The translations under genes were made by a program, and so were the position numbers. Under the pieces are notes generated by a model. It saw only the letters and a program-made list of their open reading frames with translations. It ran no database searches and was not told the origin of the DNA. Positions 1 to 12,811 of a stretch of 64,000 bases of DNA are shown piece by piece (the stretch's first letter is position 1; each line of letters opens with the position of its first letter). This stretch comes from Leucoraja ocellata (lineage: Eukaryota), in the NCBI GenBank assembly GCA_036785375.1, contig JAWMAR010001256.1, forward strand, positions 124,001 through 188,000, read 5' to 3'.

Positions 1-235
1 AGGGTGACTTTGGGTGATTGCCTCCGATCATTGTCCAACTACAGTTGGATGTAGAGCCATAGCTAAAGTCAATTAACCTACAAACCTGTACGTCTTTGGA
101 GTGCGGGAGGAAACTGGAGGACCTGGAGAAAACCCACACAAGTCACGGGGAGAATGTACAAATTCCGTACAGACAGCACCCATAGTCAAGATCGAACCTA
201 GGTCTTTGACACTACTATAAGGCAATTACATAAGG

Positions 236-748
236 TGAGAGCATGCTGACCGGTTGCATCGTGGCTTGGTTCAGCAATTTGAGCGCCCTGGAGAGGAAAA
301 GACTACAAAAAGTAGTAAACACTGCCCAGTCCATCATCGGCTCTGACCTTTCTTCCATCGAGGGGATTTATCGCAGTCGCTGCCTCAAAAAGGCTGGCAG
401 TATCATCAAAGACCCACACCATCCTGGCCACACACTCATCTCCCTGCTACCTTCAGGTAGAAGGTACAGGAGCCTGAAGACTGCAACAACCAGGTTCAGG
501 AATAGCTACTTCCCCACAGCCATCAGGCTATTAAACCTGGCTCGGACAAAACTATGATTATTAATAACCCATTTTCTGTTATTTGCACTTTATCAGTTTA
601 TTTATTCATGTGTGTATATATTTATATCATGGTATATGGACACACTTATCTGTTCTGTAGTAAATGCCTACTATGTTCTGTGTGCTGAAGCAAAGCAAGA
701 ATTTCATTGTCCTATACAGGGACACATTACAATAAACTCACTTGAACA
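236..748 (+). mobile_element. Rex1/Babar LINE 3' fragment nested in a SINE (paralog at 27025-27542)
   Basis: ORF 243-557 ...LQKVVNTAQSIIG...[10 protein letters not shown]...AIRLLN; 3' tail aataaactcacttgaac. The flanks rejoin into a minus-strand tRNA SINE. Confidence 0.85.
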
Positions 749-824
749 TTAAAATCTACCGCCGCGCCACCGTGCTGCTCTAAGCTTTGATAGGGTTTCT
801 AACAATATCTTTCTGTTGTTGCAG

Positions 825-1109
825 TTTTCTCCGAACCTGTAATCCAAGCATCACTGACCATCATTGATGGAAAACCGGTGAATATTACCTGCAGTGTGTT
901 TAATGTCTCGGGAGAACTTCAACTTACACTGAAGAATGGGAATATGTCTTTGCCAAGCGAGTCATCCAGTACAGAGCACACTATCTACCACACTTTGCAT
1001 CCAAAGATGGAGATGAATGGACAGCAGTTGACTTGTGTGGCTAAACTGACACTCCAAAATCACTCTGAACCCATTGTTAAGCAACAGAATATCACACTCA
1101 ATGTGCAAA
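825..1109 (+). CDS. ICAM/VCAM-like adhesion gene copy A, membrane-proximal Ig domain (D3) exon
   Basis: Acceptor ttctgttgttgcag ends at 824; donor CAA A|gtaagt at 1110. 285-nt phase 1-1 exon encoding xFSEPVIQASLTIIDGKPVNITCSVFNVS...MNGQQLTCVAKL...ITLNVQ with the Ig Cys pair. Upstream exons lie outside the window. Confidence 0.88.
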
Positions 1110-1165
1110 GTAAGTAACTTTACATTGGTGCCATCGAGTCTGCTCTGCCTTTCAATCATGAATGA

Positions 1166-1481
1166 GGTGGGATGATTTCGCAGCGGTAGAGTTGCTGCCT
1201 TACAGCCCCAGAGACCCGGGTTCGACCCTGTCTACGGGTTGCTTGTCTATATGCAGCTTTACATGCTCCCCCCCCCGTAAACTGCATGTGTTTTCTCGGG
1301 GATCTCCGGTTTCCTCCCACACTCCAAAGACGTAGTTTTGTAGGTTAATTGGCTTGGTATAATTGTAAATTGTATCTAGTGTGTGTATGATAGTGTTAGT
1401 GTTAGGAACCGCTGGCCGGTGCGGACTCTGTGGGCCAAAGGGCACGTTTCTGCGCTGTATCTTTACACTAAACTAAACTAA
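1166..1481 (+). mobile_element. tRNA-derived V-SINE in intron (paralog ~27961-28279)
   Basis: gggttcgaccc B-box, V-domain, (ctaaa)n tail. Confidence 0.78.
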
Positions 1482-3629
1482 GATAAAAAGATGGTATTCT
1501 AGAACCATTGCAACTGTGACTGTAACTTGTAGACTCTCTGTTCACATCTACCTGTTTAGGGCGGGAATATTGGGAATGCAGAATTATAATTTATATTGAA
1601 TGTACATTTTCTATCAGGTGAGGATCACAGGGAATAAATGGCCTCAGTACATGGATTGAAAAGGCTGTTTAGTGAATGCAACAAAGACCGCTATAACCAA
1701 TGGGTGTAGGAACGTATTGCATTGCCGCCTAGTGGATCTGCTTGGAACTGCATGCTTTTTCGTGGTTCTCTTCAAAAAACAGGATGCTTCCAATGTAGAA
1801 ACAAGGAGTGTGTAGGAAGGAACTGCAGATGCTGGTTTAAACCGAAGATAGACACAAAATGCTGGAGTAACTGAGTGGGACAGGCAGCATCTCTGGAGCG
1901 AAGGAATGGGTGACGTTTTGGGTCGAAACCTTTCAACAAAGATCTGATTTACAGACGAGGACACGGAGTGCTGGAGCAACTCAGCGGGTCAAGCAGCATC
2001 TCAGGAGACCATGGATAGGCCGCTCCTGAGATATTGCCCTACCCGCTGAGCTACTGCAATACTCTGTCTCTTCTTCAGGGTGCATGTAATGCAGAATAGG
2101 CATTAATATTGCACAACGCATCATTTACTGTTCTAAATGCAACTCACAATGCCAACCATAGACATGAAGGATACAGTCGTTAATCTTCAATGGTTCAAAG
2201 GTCTGTTTATTGTCACGTATACCAATTAAGGTACAGTGGTCGGTGAATTACCATATAGCCATACTAAAAAATAATGTGGCACCTCAGAGATTCTTTGTCA
2301 GTATTTCCATGGAATATCTTTGTGTCCCTGGAATATCCTGGTGTTTGGGACTTGAACCACTAATCTCCTGACTCCAGGCAAGAGTACCAGCTGTACGACC
2401 ACTCTCAGTCTAATGTAAAGGAGTCCGTTTGTCCACCAATGCCTTTGTTGAAGCAATCTTTGCCTTGTCACAACCCTCAGCATCCCCAGTGTCTACACCA
2501 AACACACTTAGCAGATAATTAACACAAGGAAACTTCCGGTAGTCTACAATAAAAGCACTGTTCTGAGAACTCTTGAGAATATTCTGTGATTTCACACCTC
2601 TTGTTTCTGATTAACCCATAAATAGTAACACCAAAATAATGAAATAACAGCAGGTAGAAAAACGAGCCCCTGTCAATTTCTGGACACTCAAATGTTTGCC
2701 CTTGTCTGCAGAAGGGTCCCGACCCAAAACGTCACCTCTCCATGTTCTCCATGGATGCTGCCTGGGATGGAGAACCGTAGTGACAGGATACCAAAAGTTC
2801 AGAGTTTCCCTTCTGGGTTAAACAGATGTGCTCTACAAAGCATCACCCAACTTGCTTTTGGTGAATAGTGGCAAAGAGTCTCTGAGGTGCCACCTTTCAG
2901 ACAAGGCATTAGAACATGCGAGCGGCACGGTGGCGCAGAAGTAGAGTTGCTGCCTTACACCACCAAACACATGGGTTCGATTCTGACTACGGGTGCTGTC
3001 TGTACAAAGTTTGTACATTCTCCCCGTGACCTGTGTACGTTTTATCTGGTATCTCCGGTTAGTGGGATAACATTGAACTAATGTGAATGGGTTATTGATG
3101 GTCGGCATGGACTCAGTGGGCCGAAGACCCTGTTTCCGCACTGAATTGCTAAACTAAGTTAAATGAAAATGGACTTTATTCTTCAAAAAATATTTAATTG
3201 TCCGTCGAGTAGCATGCTATGCCATTCGTACGCACAATGTGTTTATAAATATAATGAGAAAACATTGGTTTAGTTTAGTTTATTGTCACATGGAACTGAG
3301 GTACAGTGAAAAGCTTTTGTTGTGTACTAACCAGCCAGTGGAAAGACAATACATGATTACAATCGAGCCGTTCACAGTGTGCAGATACATGATACATGAT
3401 AAGGGAATAACGTTTAGTGCAAGGTAAACCAGTAAAGTCCGATCAAAGATAGTCCGAGGGTCCCCGATGAGGTAGATAGTAATTCGAGAGATTATAAGTA
3501 AATTATACCTGCAAATGAGTGCAGGCAAAATTCATGGATTTTGGAAAGAAAGGATCTGTAGTTTTACAGTAGATGTATTTGCTCAGAAAGGATGATGATT
3601 GTGTAATGGTTTTTGTGAATTATCCACAG

Positions 3630-3907
3630 GTGAAGAATCGTCATGGGTGATCATCATCATGGTCTTTTCAATTGTGGGGGCAATAATAATAATAATAGTG
3701 GCAATAATCTGCTATTGCCTGATCGACAGAAATCGGAAAACAGGAGAATATAATGTACTGAATCCAACACCCAGCAGAAACCAAGAAATCCCTCGTGTGA
3801 ATGAACCTCTGGACATTATTCCTTTGCAGGAAGTGATTTCAAACGGCAATGACAATAACTCACAGACTGGACCAAATAATAATAGTTGTATTACACCTGT
3901 GAGTTAG
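3630..3907 (+). CDS. ICAM/VCAM-like gene copy A, transmembrane + cytoplasmic terminal exon
   Basis: Acceptor tatccacag ends at 3629 (phase 1). TM segment WVIIIMVFSIVGAIIIIIVAIICYC, then RKTGEYNV (cf. ICAM-5 KKGEYNV, ICAM-3 RSGSYHV). TAG at 3905-3907. Confidence 0.88.
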
Positions 3908-4331
3908 ACGGACATATCACAACAATTGTCTGAATATTGTCACTGAGGCGGCTCCTGATGCAATGTTACAGTCGACTGATGGCACTTACTCTAGGAAATG
4001 TAACAACAGTTCATTCTCAGGAATGTTCTGAATTTTGGGTCGTTTTTGTGTCCATTTGTCAAACTCTGAACTGATACCAGAACGCTGGCATCAAAGCCAG
4101 CTCAGCACCGAGAACATCAGAGCCATGCGACTTTTCTTCCCATTGATGGGAATGGACATTGGATCACACACTTGGTGCAATAATCTTTCCAAGGTGAACT
4201 ACTTGCTTAAATTACGTGAATGTTGTCTGATAAAAAATTGTCATAAATGGATAAAATGTGAGTCGATGCCTTTTCCAATATTCTTACCCTCTTGTCTAGG
4301 GAGGAACTGCAGATGCTGGTTTAAACCGTAG

Positions 4332-4518
4332 ACAGACACAAAAGGCTGGAGTAACTAAGCGGGTCAGGCAGCATCTCTGAAGAAATTGAATAGGTGATGT
4401 TTTGGGTCGAGACCCTTCTTCAGTTTGAAGAAGGGTTTCAACCCGAAACGTCACCTATTTCTTTTCTCCAGAGATGCTGCCTGACCCTCTGAGTTACTCC
4501 TGCCTTTTGTGCCTGTCT
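4332..4518. repeat. Palindromic pair of Penelope-terminus arms (paralog ~31790-31978)
   Basis: Arms of about 90 bp around a 3-nt loop at 4423-4425. Confidence 0.85.
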
Positions 4519-4714
4519 TCTCTTCCTCTTGTTTCATTATTGGCATACTCTCATCCCTTCCTATCCCTGTAACCTCCTCCAACTACACAATGCTCAGTAT
4601 TCATTCATGTCCATTTACAAATTCTTATTCGTCCTGATTTCCACTCGTGAGAGTAAATCAAATGATCTCTCTGCTAGAGTAATCAGTGTAATTGCACTTA
4701 GTGCTCTAGAATAC

Positions 4715-5105
4715 TGCATTCCAGTATTATACATGACAGGTTTGCACCCTAGTGTTACACAATGACAGACCTGTCCCCACCAGTATTGTACCCCAGTGAC
4801 AGAGTTATCCCCATCAGTACTGTACCCCAGTGTTGCAGTGACGATCCTGTCCCCATCAGTAATGTACCCCAGGGTTACACGGTGACTGACCCATCCCCAC
4901 CGGTACTGTACCCCAGTGTTGTACAGGTACAGACCCGTCCCCACCATTACAGTACCCCAGTGTTGCACGGTGACGGACCTGTCCCTGCCAGTGCTGTATC
5001 CCAGTGTTACACAGTTACAGACGTGTCCCCTCCGTTACAGTACCCCAGTGTTATACAGTGACAGACGTGTCCTCACCAGTCCCGTACCCAAATGTTACAC
5101 AGTGA
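4715..5105 (+). repeat. 44-bp minisatellite (~9 degenerate units) in the putative 3'UTR; paralog 32170-32872
   Basis: The taccccag core recurs at 4865, 4909, 4953, 4997, 5041 and 5085. Confidence 0.85.
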
Positions 5106-5554
5106 TAGCCTCTTGTCTATTTGCACAAGTTGTAGTGTTTACCTTTTTCTCTTTCTTACTTACTTTTCATGCTAATTCAATTCTAACTCCTCGATCCATT
5201 TTTGACTCCCCCCATTTCAGCAGTACCCCGATAATCAGGCTAGCACTTTTCACAGGTTGGGCCTCCTGATGTTAACAACACTGTAGACTCTATCAAGCAA
5301 ATTGTTTATACTGTATTATATTGTGCCTGTTATAGCATTAATTTCACAGTCATATATTAGACTTTTGTTGCCACTGGTTCCTGAATACATACTGTGTATT
5401 TCACTGCATTTACAGCCTAAAGCCATTTCTTGTCAAGACAATTTTTCCAACGATGCTACTTATATTTGTAACCACTAAATGAAGATGTAGGTAATGATAT
5501 AACAAGGGCTGTTTCTAGTGATACATTTGTACAGGTAAACAGAATATATCTTTG

Positions 5555-5560
5555 AATAAA
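5555..5560 (+). promoter_or_regulatory. Candidate polyadenylation signal of copy A (paralogous AATAAA at 33318-33323 in copy B)
   Basis: AATAAA in non-repeat sequence about 1.65 kb after the stop, conserved in both copies. No transcript data. Confidence 0.35.
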
Positions 5561-7320
5561 ATATAGCTTATTGGTGAAGCAATATTAAATACAAATGTTG
5601 GAAAAAAGAACCTATTCACATCAGTGTTGGCATTGAAAGTAACTACAGCTGTTTTCTCACAGCATTGGCCACAGTCATAGGGTGATACAGTGTGGAAACA
5701 GGCCCTTCGGCCCAACTTGCCCACACCGGCCAACAATGTCCCAGCTACACTAGTCCCACTAGCCTGCGCTTGGTCCATATCCCTCCAAACATGTCCTATC
5801 AATGTCCTGTCCTGTCTAACTGTTTCTTAAACGATGGGATAGTCCCAGCCTCAACTACCTCCTCTGGCAGCTTGTTCCATACACCCACCACCCTTTGCGT
5901 GAAAAAGTCACCCCTTGGATTCCTATTAAATCTTTACCCTTTCACCTTGAACCTATGTTCTCTGGTCCTCGATTTCCCTACTCTGGGCAAGACTCTGTGC
6001 ATCTACCCAATCTATTCCTCTCATGATTTTGTATACCTCTATATGATCTATGGTACACCTCTAGAAGTCTCCGCACATACTGTCCTCTGCTAAAGTTTTC
6101 CTACATCTGTGGATTGTATATTTAACACTGCAACAGAGCCAGCCACTCATTGCTTCTGTGGTCAATCAGATCAACTACATCAAGTTCCTTCAGTTGGAAC
6201 CTATGACCCCTACGCCTACAGAAGCTATGATTCCAGGAATAGACGATAACTCCTTACAAGGTATAGAAGCTCGGCCCTATATCTATATCATCCTATAGCC
6301 TATTCAACAACACCATCAGCGTTTGCCTCATCTGTAAGCTGACTCCTCAGACTTCCTACATTCATATCCAAGCTGTTCATGTATAGAATGTCAGCACTAG
6401 TTGTTGTGGTACATCACTGGTCATGTGCTTGCATCAACAAAGCCCATACTCTTCATCACCCATGTATCTCCTCATACCAAGTCACTTTTGAATCTAATTT
6501 GGCGGCTTGCCCTCGACCCCGTGGACATGTCCTTCACCCACACCGCTTGTCATCTACATTTAGGGGCGGCATGGTAGCGCAGCGGTAGAGTTGCTACCTC
6601 ACAGCCCAGAGATCCAAGTTTGATCCTGATTACAGGTGATGTATGTATGGAGTTTGTACCTTCTCCCCGTGACCTCCATGTCTCGGCCAGTGCATTGTGT
6701 AAGTGTCCAACACAGACAGCACACATTACGCTGGTTCTCTCAGTGATCTCACTATTGGTAGAGGTGACCTAACTTTAAGGGGATGAAAATATAACCAAAG
6801 TGTACAGACTTTTAAACACAGGCTGGCTACGTTCCTACCAGGCTGGAGTTTAGTCTAATGTCACGTGTACCGAGGTACCGAGAAAAGCCTTTGTCACGTG
6901 CTAACCAGTCAGTGGAAAGACAATACATGATTACAAACGAGCCGTCCACAGTGTACAGATACACGATGAAGGGAATAATGTGAATAACATTTAGTGCAAG
7001 ATAAAGCCAGTAAAGTCCGATCAAAGATACTCTAATAATGAACTAAACACAAACACAAACTCAAAAAAGCAGCATTTATTGAGAGGATTCAAATGTGGCA
7101 TTCAAGTTTATTTTATACCTTCTGAGTTGTCGATGTGTTTCTATCTATTGGTGTTTGACATTGAATTAAATAACGGAAATTAATAGGTGAACATTCACTT
7201 TCAATCACAAGAGTAAAACTCCTTCCCCTTAGGCAAGAACACTAGCAGCAACATGCGAGTCAGGTCAGCTGGGCGTGAGAGGGTTGAGATATTACAAGTC
7301 ACAAAAGAAGGATAACTGAA

Positions 7321-7578
7321 GAAGTCGGAGGTTCGATCATCCCGACAAGACGGCCTGTACATCGGGCCGTCCGTAGAGGCAACTGCGGAGGGTTCATGGC
7401 CCCGATCACGGATGAACAAAGAAGGAAGACTGACTGAACGTTATTGCCTTCCACCACGTGTTCATGTTGTATTCTATTGTGTATTGTGCTCATTTTGATT
7501 GTGTGGCTGCATGGTAAATCAAATTCCACTGTACCTTAACTGGTGCATGTGGCAATAAATGTGAACTTGAACTTGAAC
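7321..7578 (+). mobile_element. Non-autonomous Rex-tailed retroposon, copy-A specific
   Basis: Ends aataaatgtgaacttgaacttgaac. Absent from B at ~36500. Confidence 0.6.
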
Positions 7579-7924
7579 TCTGGCTCAAAGGTGCGTAGTA
7601 ATCATTTTAGTTCCAAAACCATACACTGATGATGACCAACGTAGGCGTTAGGCTTGTCATCCAGAAATGTTTAAACGATTTCCAACCGAAATATACTGGC
7701 CAGAAATTGTTCCATGTGATATAATGTTTTTGTGGGCTACCTGATAAAACTTTATCAAAAATTAAATCATGTGGGTTCCAAAGTACAGAGTCTTTCTTCC
7801 AGCTCCTTCGCGTGTAAGATGTGGTAACCCATAGAGATGCCTGGACAATTGGAGTGGGATTTAACTGGGAACTGACATTAACTGATGACCTTTAAGCTAT
7901 ACCTTACCTTCTATACTTCAGACT

Positions 7925-8210
7925 TTACTTTAGAGATACAGCGCGGAAACAGGCCCTTCGGCCATCGGGTCCATGCTGACCAATGATTGCCCCACACTAA
8001 TTCTATCCTACACACCAGGGACAATTTATAGAAGCCAATTAACCTACCAACCTTCACGTCTTTAGAGTGTGGGAGGAAACCGGAGCACCCGGAGAAAACC
8101 CACACGGTCACAGGGAGAACGTACAAACTCCGTACAGACAAGCACCCGTGGTCAGGATTGAACCCGGGTCTCTGATGCTGTAAGGCAGCAACTCTACCAC
8201 TGCGCCACTC
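7925..8210 (-). mobile_element. tRNA-derived V-SINE (paralog 36687-36972)
   Basis: Reverse complement of the SINE consensus. Confidence 0.8.
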
Positions 8211-9894
8211 TGCACCTCATGGCAACTCTATCTCAATCCCCCTCCATAGTCAGCAACTAATTACAGCCATCTAGCCCCAGCAACATGACCCACTCTCCCT
8301 GTAGCCACGAATGATTCAACCCTACCTCACCACTCCACCCCCACCCCATCTCTCCATTGTTACCCTCTAAGCTTCATGGTCCCAATCCATCCAACTACCA
8401 CAATGGGACGTTCAACAAAGCATTTTACAGCAACCTGTATTGAAGCATATTGTCCAGCAGAGAGAGCAATTAAACCATAGGAGGTTTAGGATACTATTTT
8501 CAGTTGTTGAATGCTGAAACAGTAAACTTTACTGATAACAGAAGGAAGTCACTGTGTGGTCATCAGATCAGAGACTGAGTTTGATCATGGAAGGACACAA
8601 AGTGCTGGAGTAACTCAACAGGTCAGGCAGTATCCCTGGAGAACGTGGATAGGTGACATCTCAGATAGTCCGTCTCCCTGACTCAGATCAGTTTAATAAT
8701 ATTAAGCCCTCATAAATGTTAGCCTCTTGCACTCTAAGGAATAAGAAGGCCCTAGTTTACTCAACTTCAGCTCAGATGCTTCAATCCTGGCATCATCTTT
8801 GTAAGTCTTTTCAGCTTCATGCCATCTTTCGTTAGCAGGGCCAACACGGAACACAATAAGGGTGGCGAGACTAATATCTTGTACATCTTCATGCGTTTAC
8901 TATACCAACTATGTTAGTGTCATCTGCAAACATACAAATCATGCCTTGCACATTCTCATTCAAATCCAATAATGTGAGAGGGAGGTTTTATGTGCATTCA
9001 TAACCTCAATGGTGGCAGAACCAGCTCTTGAAAGTTAAAGACAAGGCAACATAAAAGAGTTTCAAATGAAAATCAAAGTCAAAGAGCCTTTATCAGAACT
9101 GAGAATGAAAGATAACAAGTTAACCAATTGGCAGATTTGTAGATTAATTGGTTAATTTACCAAAAAAAAGTGTTGGAGTAACTCAGGGGGTTAGGCAGCA
9201 CCTCAATTCCATGATTCATAAAACATTTATCACCTTCCAGTCTACAGAAGTGGCCTCACCACAGCCCAGTACAATTGAAACAATTGCTCCCTATTCTTGA
9301 ACTCCAGGTCGATGCTATTATTGCCAATATGCCATTTCCCTTGTAAATCATTTGCCAGCTGACTTTGTGCAGTTCATACAAGGACAATTCATCGGGTGGC
9401 AGGGTGGCAGCGGTAGAGTTGCTGCCTTACAGGGCCAGAGACCCGGGTTCGATCCTGACTATGGGTGCTTGTTGTACGGAGTTTGTGCGTTCTCCCTGTG
9501 AACTGCGTAGGTCTCTAAAGCTGTAGTTTAGTTTATCTCTAAACTACAGCTCTCTCTACACCACACCATCTCCTAACCTGCACCATGTAGATAATATGTG
9601 TAGGAAGGAACCGAAGAAGCTGCTTTAAACAAAAGTCCTGAAACACCACCTCTTCCTTTTCTCCAGAGATGCTGTCAGATCCGCTGATTACTCCAGCTTT
9701 TGTGTCCATGTAGATAATACTGCTTTTAGATTCCTTTTGCTGAAGTGCTTAAATTCCATTTGCCAAGTTTTTACTCATGCACTCAACCTATCTACTATAT
9801 ATCCCTTTGCAGACCCCAAATATCATCAATGTAACGTGACCTCCAACCTATTTTCTTGTCCTCACCTCGGAACACATGACAATAAACAAATCTA

Positions 9895-10825
9895 AACTAC
9901 TGGAGGACATCTTTAACCTCCCCCTACTCCACCCTGAGTTTTCTGTCTGCTTTAAGAAGATTATTATGCCCCCCCCCCCCCCCCTATTTATTGACCATAG
10001 CTCCAACAACCAATCTTCTGGACCTATATCTCAGCAACCTCCTCTGCAATTAAATGCTTGATTCCAACCTTGGGATCACCACCTCTCGTAAAGACCCTTC
10101 CCCAGACTCTCGGAGGGATCTTGGGGTCAGTTGCTACAAAACCTTGCAGATTCTCCTGATAAATTCACATCGAGTGAGTAAATCCTATCTCTGGGGTTTT
10201 CTCCAGAGATTTTCCTACACAACATGCTCGAAACTGGTGTCCCACAAGGTTGTGGTCTCAGCCGCTTTCTATACTCCCTTTGCACTCGTGACTGTGTGGC
10301 CACATTCTGCTCTGACACCACAGTGGGCCAGGCTGCAAACGACTCTAGGAACAAGTGGATGCCAACAATCTCTCCCTCAATGTCAGTAAAGCAAGGAAGC
10401 TGGTTATTGACTTCAGGGAATGGGGTGGAGCACACATCCCAGTCCGTGCCATCAATGCTGAGGAGGAGGTGGCCAAGAGCGATCGGTTTCTTGAGGTAAA
10501 TATCACCAACCACTTGTCCTGGTCTCACCATATTGATGCAACAGCCAACAAAGCACACAGACGCCTCTACTTCCTGAGAAGGCCAAGGAATTTTGGCACA
10601 TCTCCAATGACTCTTACTAATTTCTATAGACGTAGCACACAAAGTATCCTAATCAGATGCATGGCATCTGCTCTGCTCAAGTTTGCAAGAAACTGCCGAA
10701 ATGTGATTACAGCTCTGTGCCTCTCACAAACCGGCCTCTCCCCACCTCCCCCACCCACCCCACCCACCAGTGACTCCACATAAACACACTGCCTTGGGAA
10801 AGCAGCCAACATAATCTTAGACCAG
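9895..10825 (+). mobile_element. Degraded Rex1/Babar LINE RT fragments
   Basis: Frameshifted TGVPQGC..LYSLCTRDC, NNLSLNVSKARKLVIDFR and HLSWSHHI..RRLYFLRR motifs. Confidence 0.8.
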
Positions 10826-11519
10826 TTGGACAGGCAGCATCTCTGCGTAAACGAATAGGTGATGTTTCGGGTCCAGCACTGAGTTACTCCAGCATTTTGT
10901 GTCTATCTTTGGTTTAAACTAGCATCTGCAGTTCCTTCATACACATGCAATGCATTGAGCTTGTTGGGGGTGGAGGGGATGTGTTGTGATCAGCGATTCT
11001 GCCAATTCCACTGTGTAGCTGTTTACAGTGTACAAGGCTTGCAACGATCGACGTGAACCTGTGTGAATAATCTGCGACTCTGGCTTGGTATGGAGTGGAG
11101 ATGTGCAGGCAAAACTGCTTTACTTTTTTACAAATACTCTCATAATTAAAGGCAACAAATCATTTGTCTTCCTACTTGTTCGCTGTGTCTGCAAGGTGAT
11201 GTGTACATGGACATGTACATGCTTGTGAACACCCAAAATACCCTCCTTTTAGATTTTGTGCTCTAAAGTGGATGACCTCATATTTTTACTGCACATCCCA
11301 TTTGGGAATGCTTCTCTGCATCTTCCTGCATCTTTAATTTTTCTGAAGAGGGAATAATGAGTCCATTCAAGCATTTTGATGAAAATCAGTCAGAACAACA
11401 TGACATTCTTTCAATTCAAGATAATTTAGACTGTTAAATGATCCTGTTTACAGTTAAATTCAAAGCCATTGGCTATCTTCCAGTGTAATTGCAAATGGCT
11501 CAAAGATTCTTGGTTTTGA

Positions 11520-11780
11520 CACAGAGTGCTGGAGTAACTCAGCGGGTCAGGCAGCATCTGTGGAGAACATGGATAGGTGACATTTCACAGAGTGCTGGAG
11601 TAACTCAGCGGGTCAGGCAGCATCTGTGGAGAACATGGATAGGTGACATTTCACAGAGTGCTGGAGTAACTCAGCGGGTCAGGCAGCATCTGTGGAGAAC
11701 ATGGATATGTGACGTTTCACAGAGTGCTGGAGTAACTCAGCGGGTCAGGCAGCATCTGTGGAGAACATGGATAGGTGACA
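11520..11780 (+). repeat. 66-bp x4 tandem array of a Penelope-terminus-derived arm
   Basis: Unit cacagagtgctggagtaactcagcgggtcaggcagcatctgtggagaacatggataggtgacattt at 11520, 11586, 11652 and 11718. Confidence 0.92.
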
Positions 11781-12044
11781 GTCCCCAATCTTCTGGCACT
11801 TTGTGGCTAAAGAGAAAACAGAGAATCTCTGTCATAGTGTAGAGACAACGAACTGCAGGTGCTGGTTAGTGTACATGACACAAAGTGCTGGAGTAACTCA
11901 ACAGGTGTGGCAACATCTCTGGAGAACATGGCTAGGTGATACTTTAGGTCGAGACATAAAAGGAGCCTGATTCAAAACGCCACCTATCCATGTTCTCCAC
12001 ACATGCTGCCCGACCCGCTGAGTTACTCCAGCACTCTGTCCATC

Positions 12045-12570
12045 TCTGACTCCAGCAATCTCCTCACTTGCTTCCCTCAGAATCACCGGATAGATCCTAT
12101 CAGACTCCAAGAACTTATCCACCTTAATGTTTTTCAAAAGACCCAACATATTTTTCTTAATATAAATATACTGGATGAGTTCCTGAATATGGAAAGTTTA
12201 GTGGAATATGTGCCAAACATGGACAAATAGGACTAGCATTGATGGGGCATCTTGGTTGTCATGCATTAGTTAGACAAAGAGCCTGCTTCCATGTTGTATG
12301 GCTGGAGATGCAGCATGGAAATAGGCCCTTTGGCCCATCGAGTCCACGCTGACCATTGATCACCCGCACACTATATCTTTTGGCTAATGGAGTTGAAGTC
12401 TCTCTGTGAGGCTGTGGCATGTTTCCAAGCTGCATGTCTCCATAAAGATTCCCCACACTAATCTCACTATCATCCATATCCTTCTGCTTGGTGAAATGCT
12501 GATGCAAAGTACTCCTAAATAACCTCACCCACTTCCTCTGGCTCCACACATACATTTCTTCCATTGTACT
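12045..12570 (-). mobile_element. Degraded CR1 ORF2 fragments
   Basis: Minus-strand LLKNIKVDK..DRIYP..LREASEEIA and EPEEVGEV..EYFAS motifs. Confidence 0.65.
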
Positions 12571-12599
12571 TGAGTGAACCTACCTTTCCCCTGCCAACC

Positions 12600-12811
12600 C
12601 TCTGCATTGGGATACTCCTGGGAGCTGTGTTCATCAGCAGCCTGCATGTGTGGAGCAGACCAGCAAACAGCGCAGCACGTCATTTTCGACTGCGCTGTCC
12701 TCCGTCCCCCTGGTGGAGGGGTAGACCTCACGGCCCTCGACAACAGCACATTGAACTGGCTACAGCCCCTGCAGGGCGTTACATAACCTCTGCAAACACA
12801 CGAAGATGAAG
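12600..12811 (+). mobile_element. Short Ingi/Vingi-like LINE 3' end
   Basis: CMCGADQQTAQHVIFDC knuckle followed by a stop and an acacacgaagatgaag tail. Confidence 0.55.

Larger units (their letters stand above)
1..9867 (+). repeat. Segmental (tandem gene) duplication, copy A
   Basis: Colinear, near-identical match to 26790-39367 (offset 26789 at the start, 29500 at the end). Homology ends at ttttcttgtcctcacct. Confidence 0.95.

Noticed and set aside
3896-3907. gtgagt donor just before the copy A stop
   Set aside because: An in-frame TAG follows at once and no downstream coding exon was found.
4615-5269. Overlapping 100-aa ORFs
   Set aside because: Products of the 44-bp minisatellite.
11489-11842. 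ORF with 22-aa repeats; array superficially CRISPR-like
   Set aside because: Plain 66-bp tandem repeat of an interspersed element with no spacers, in a eukaryotic genome.
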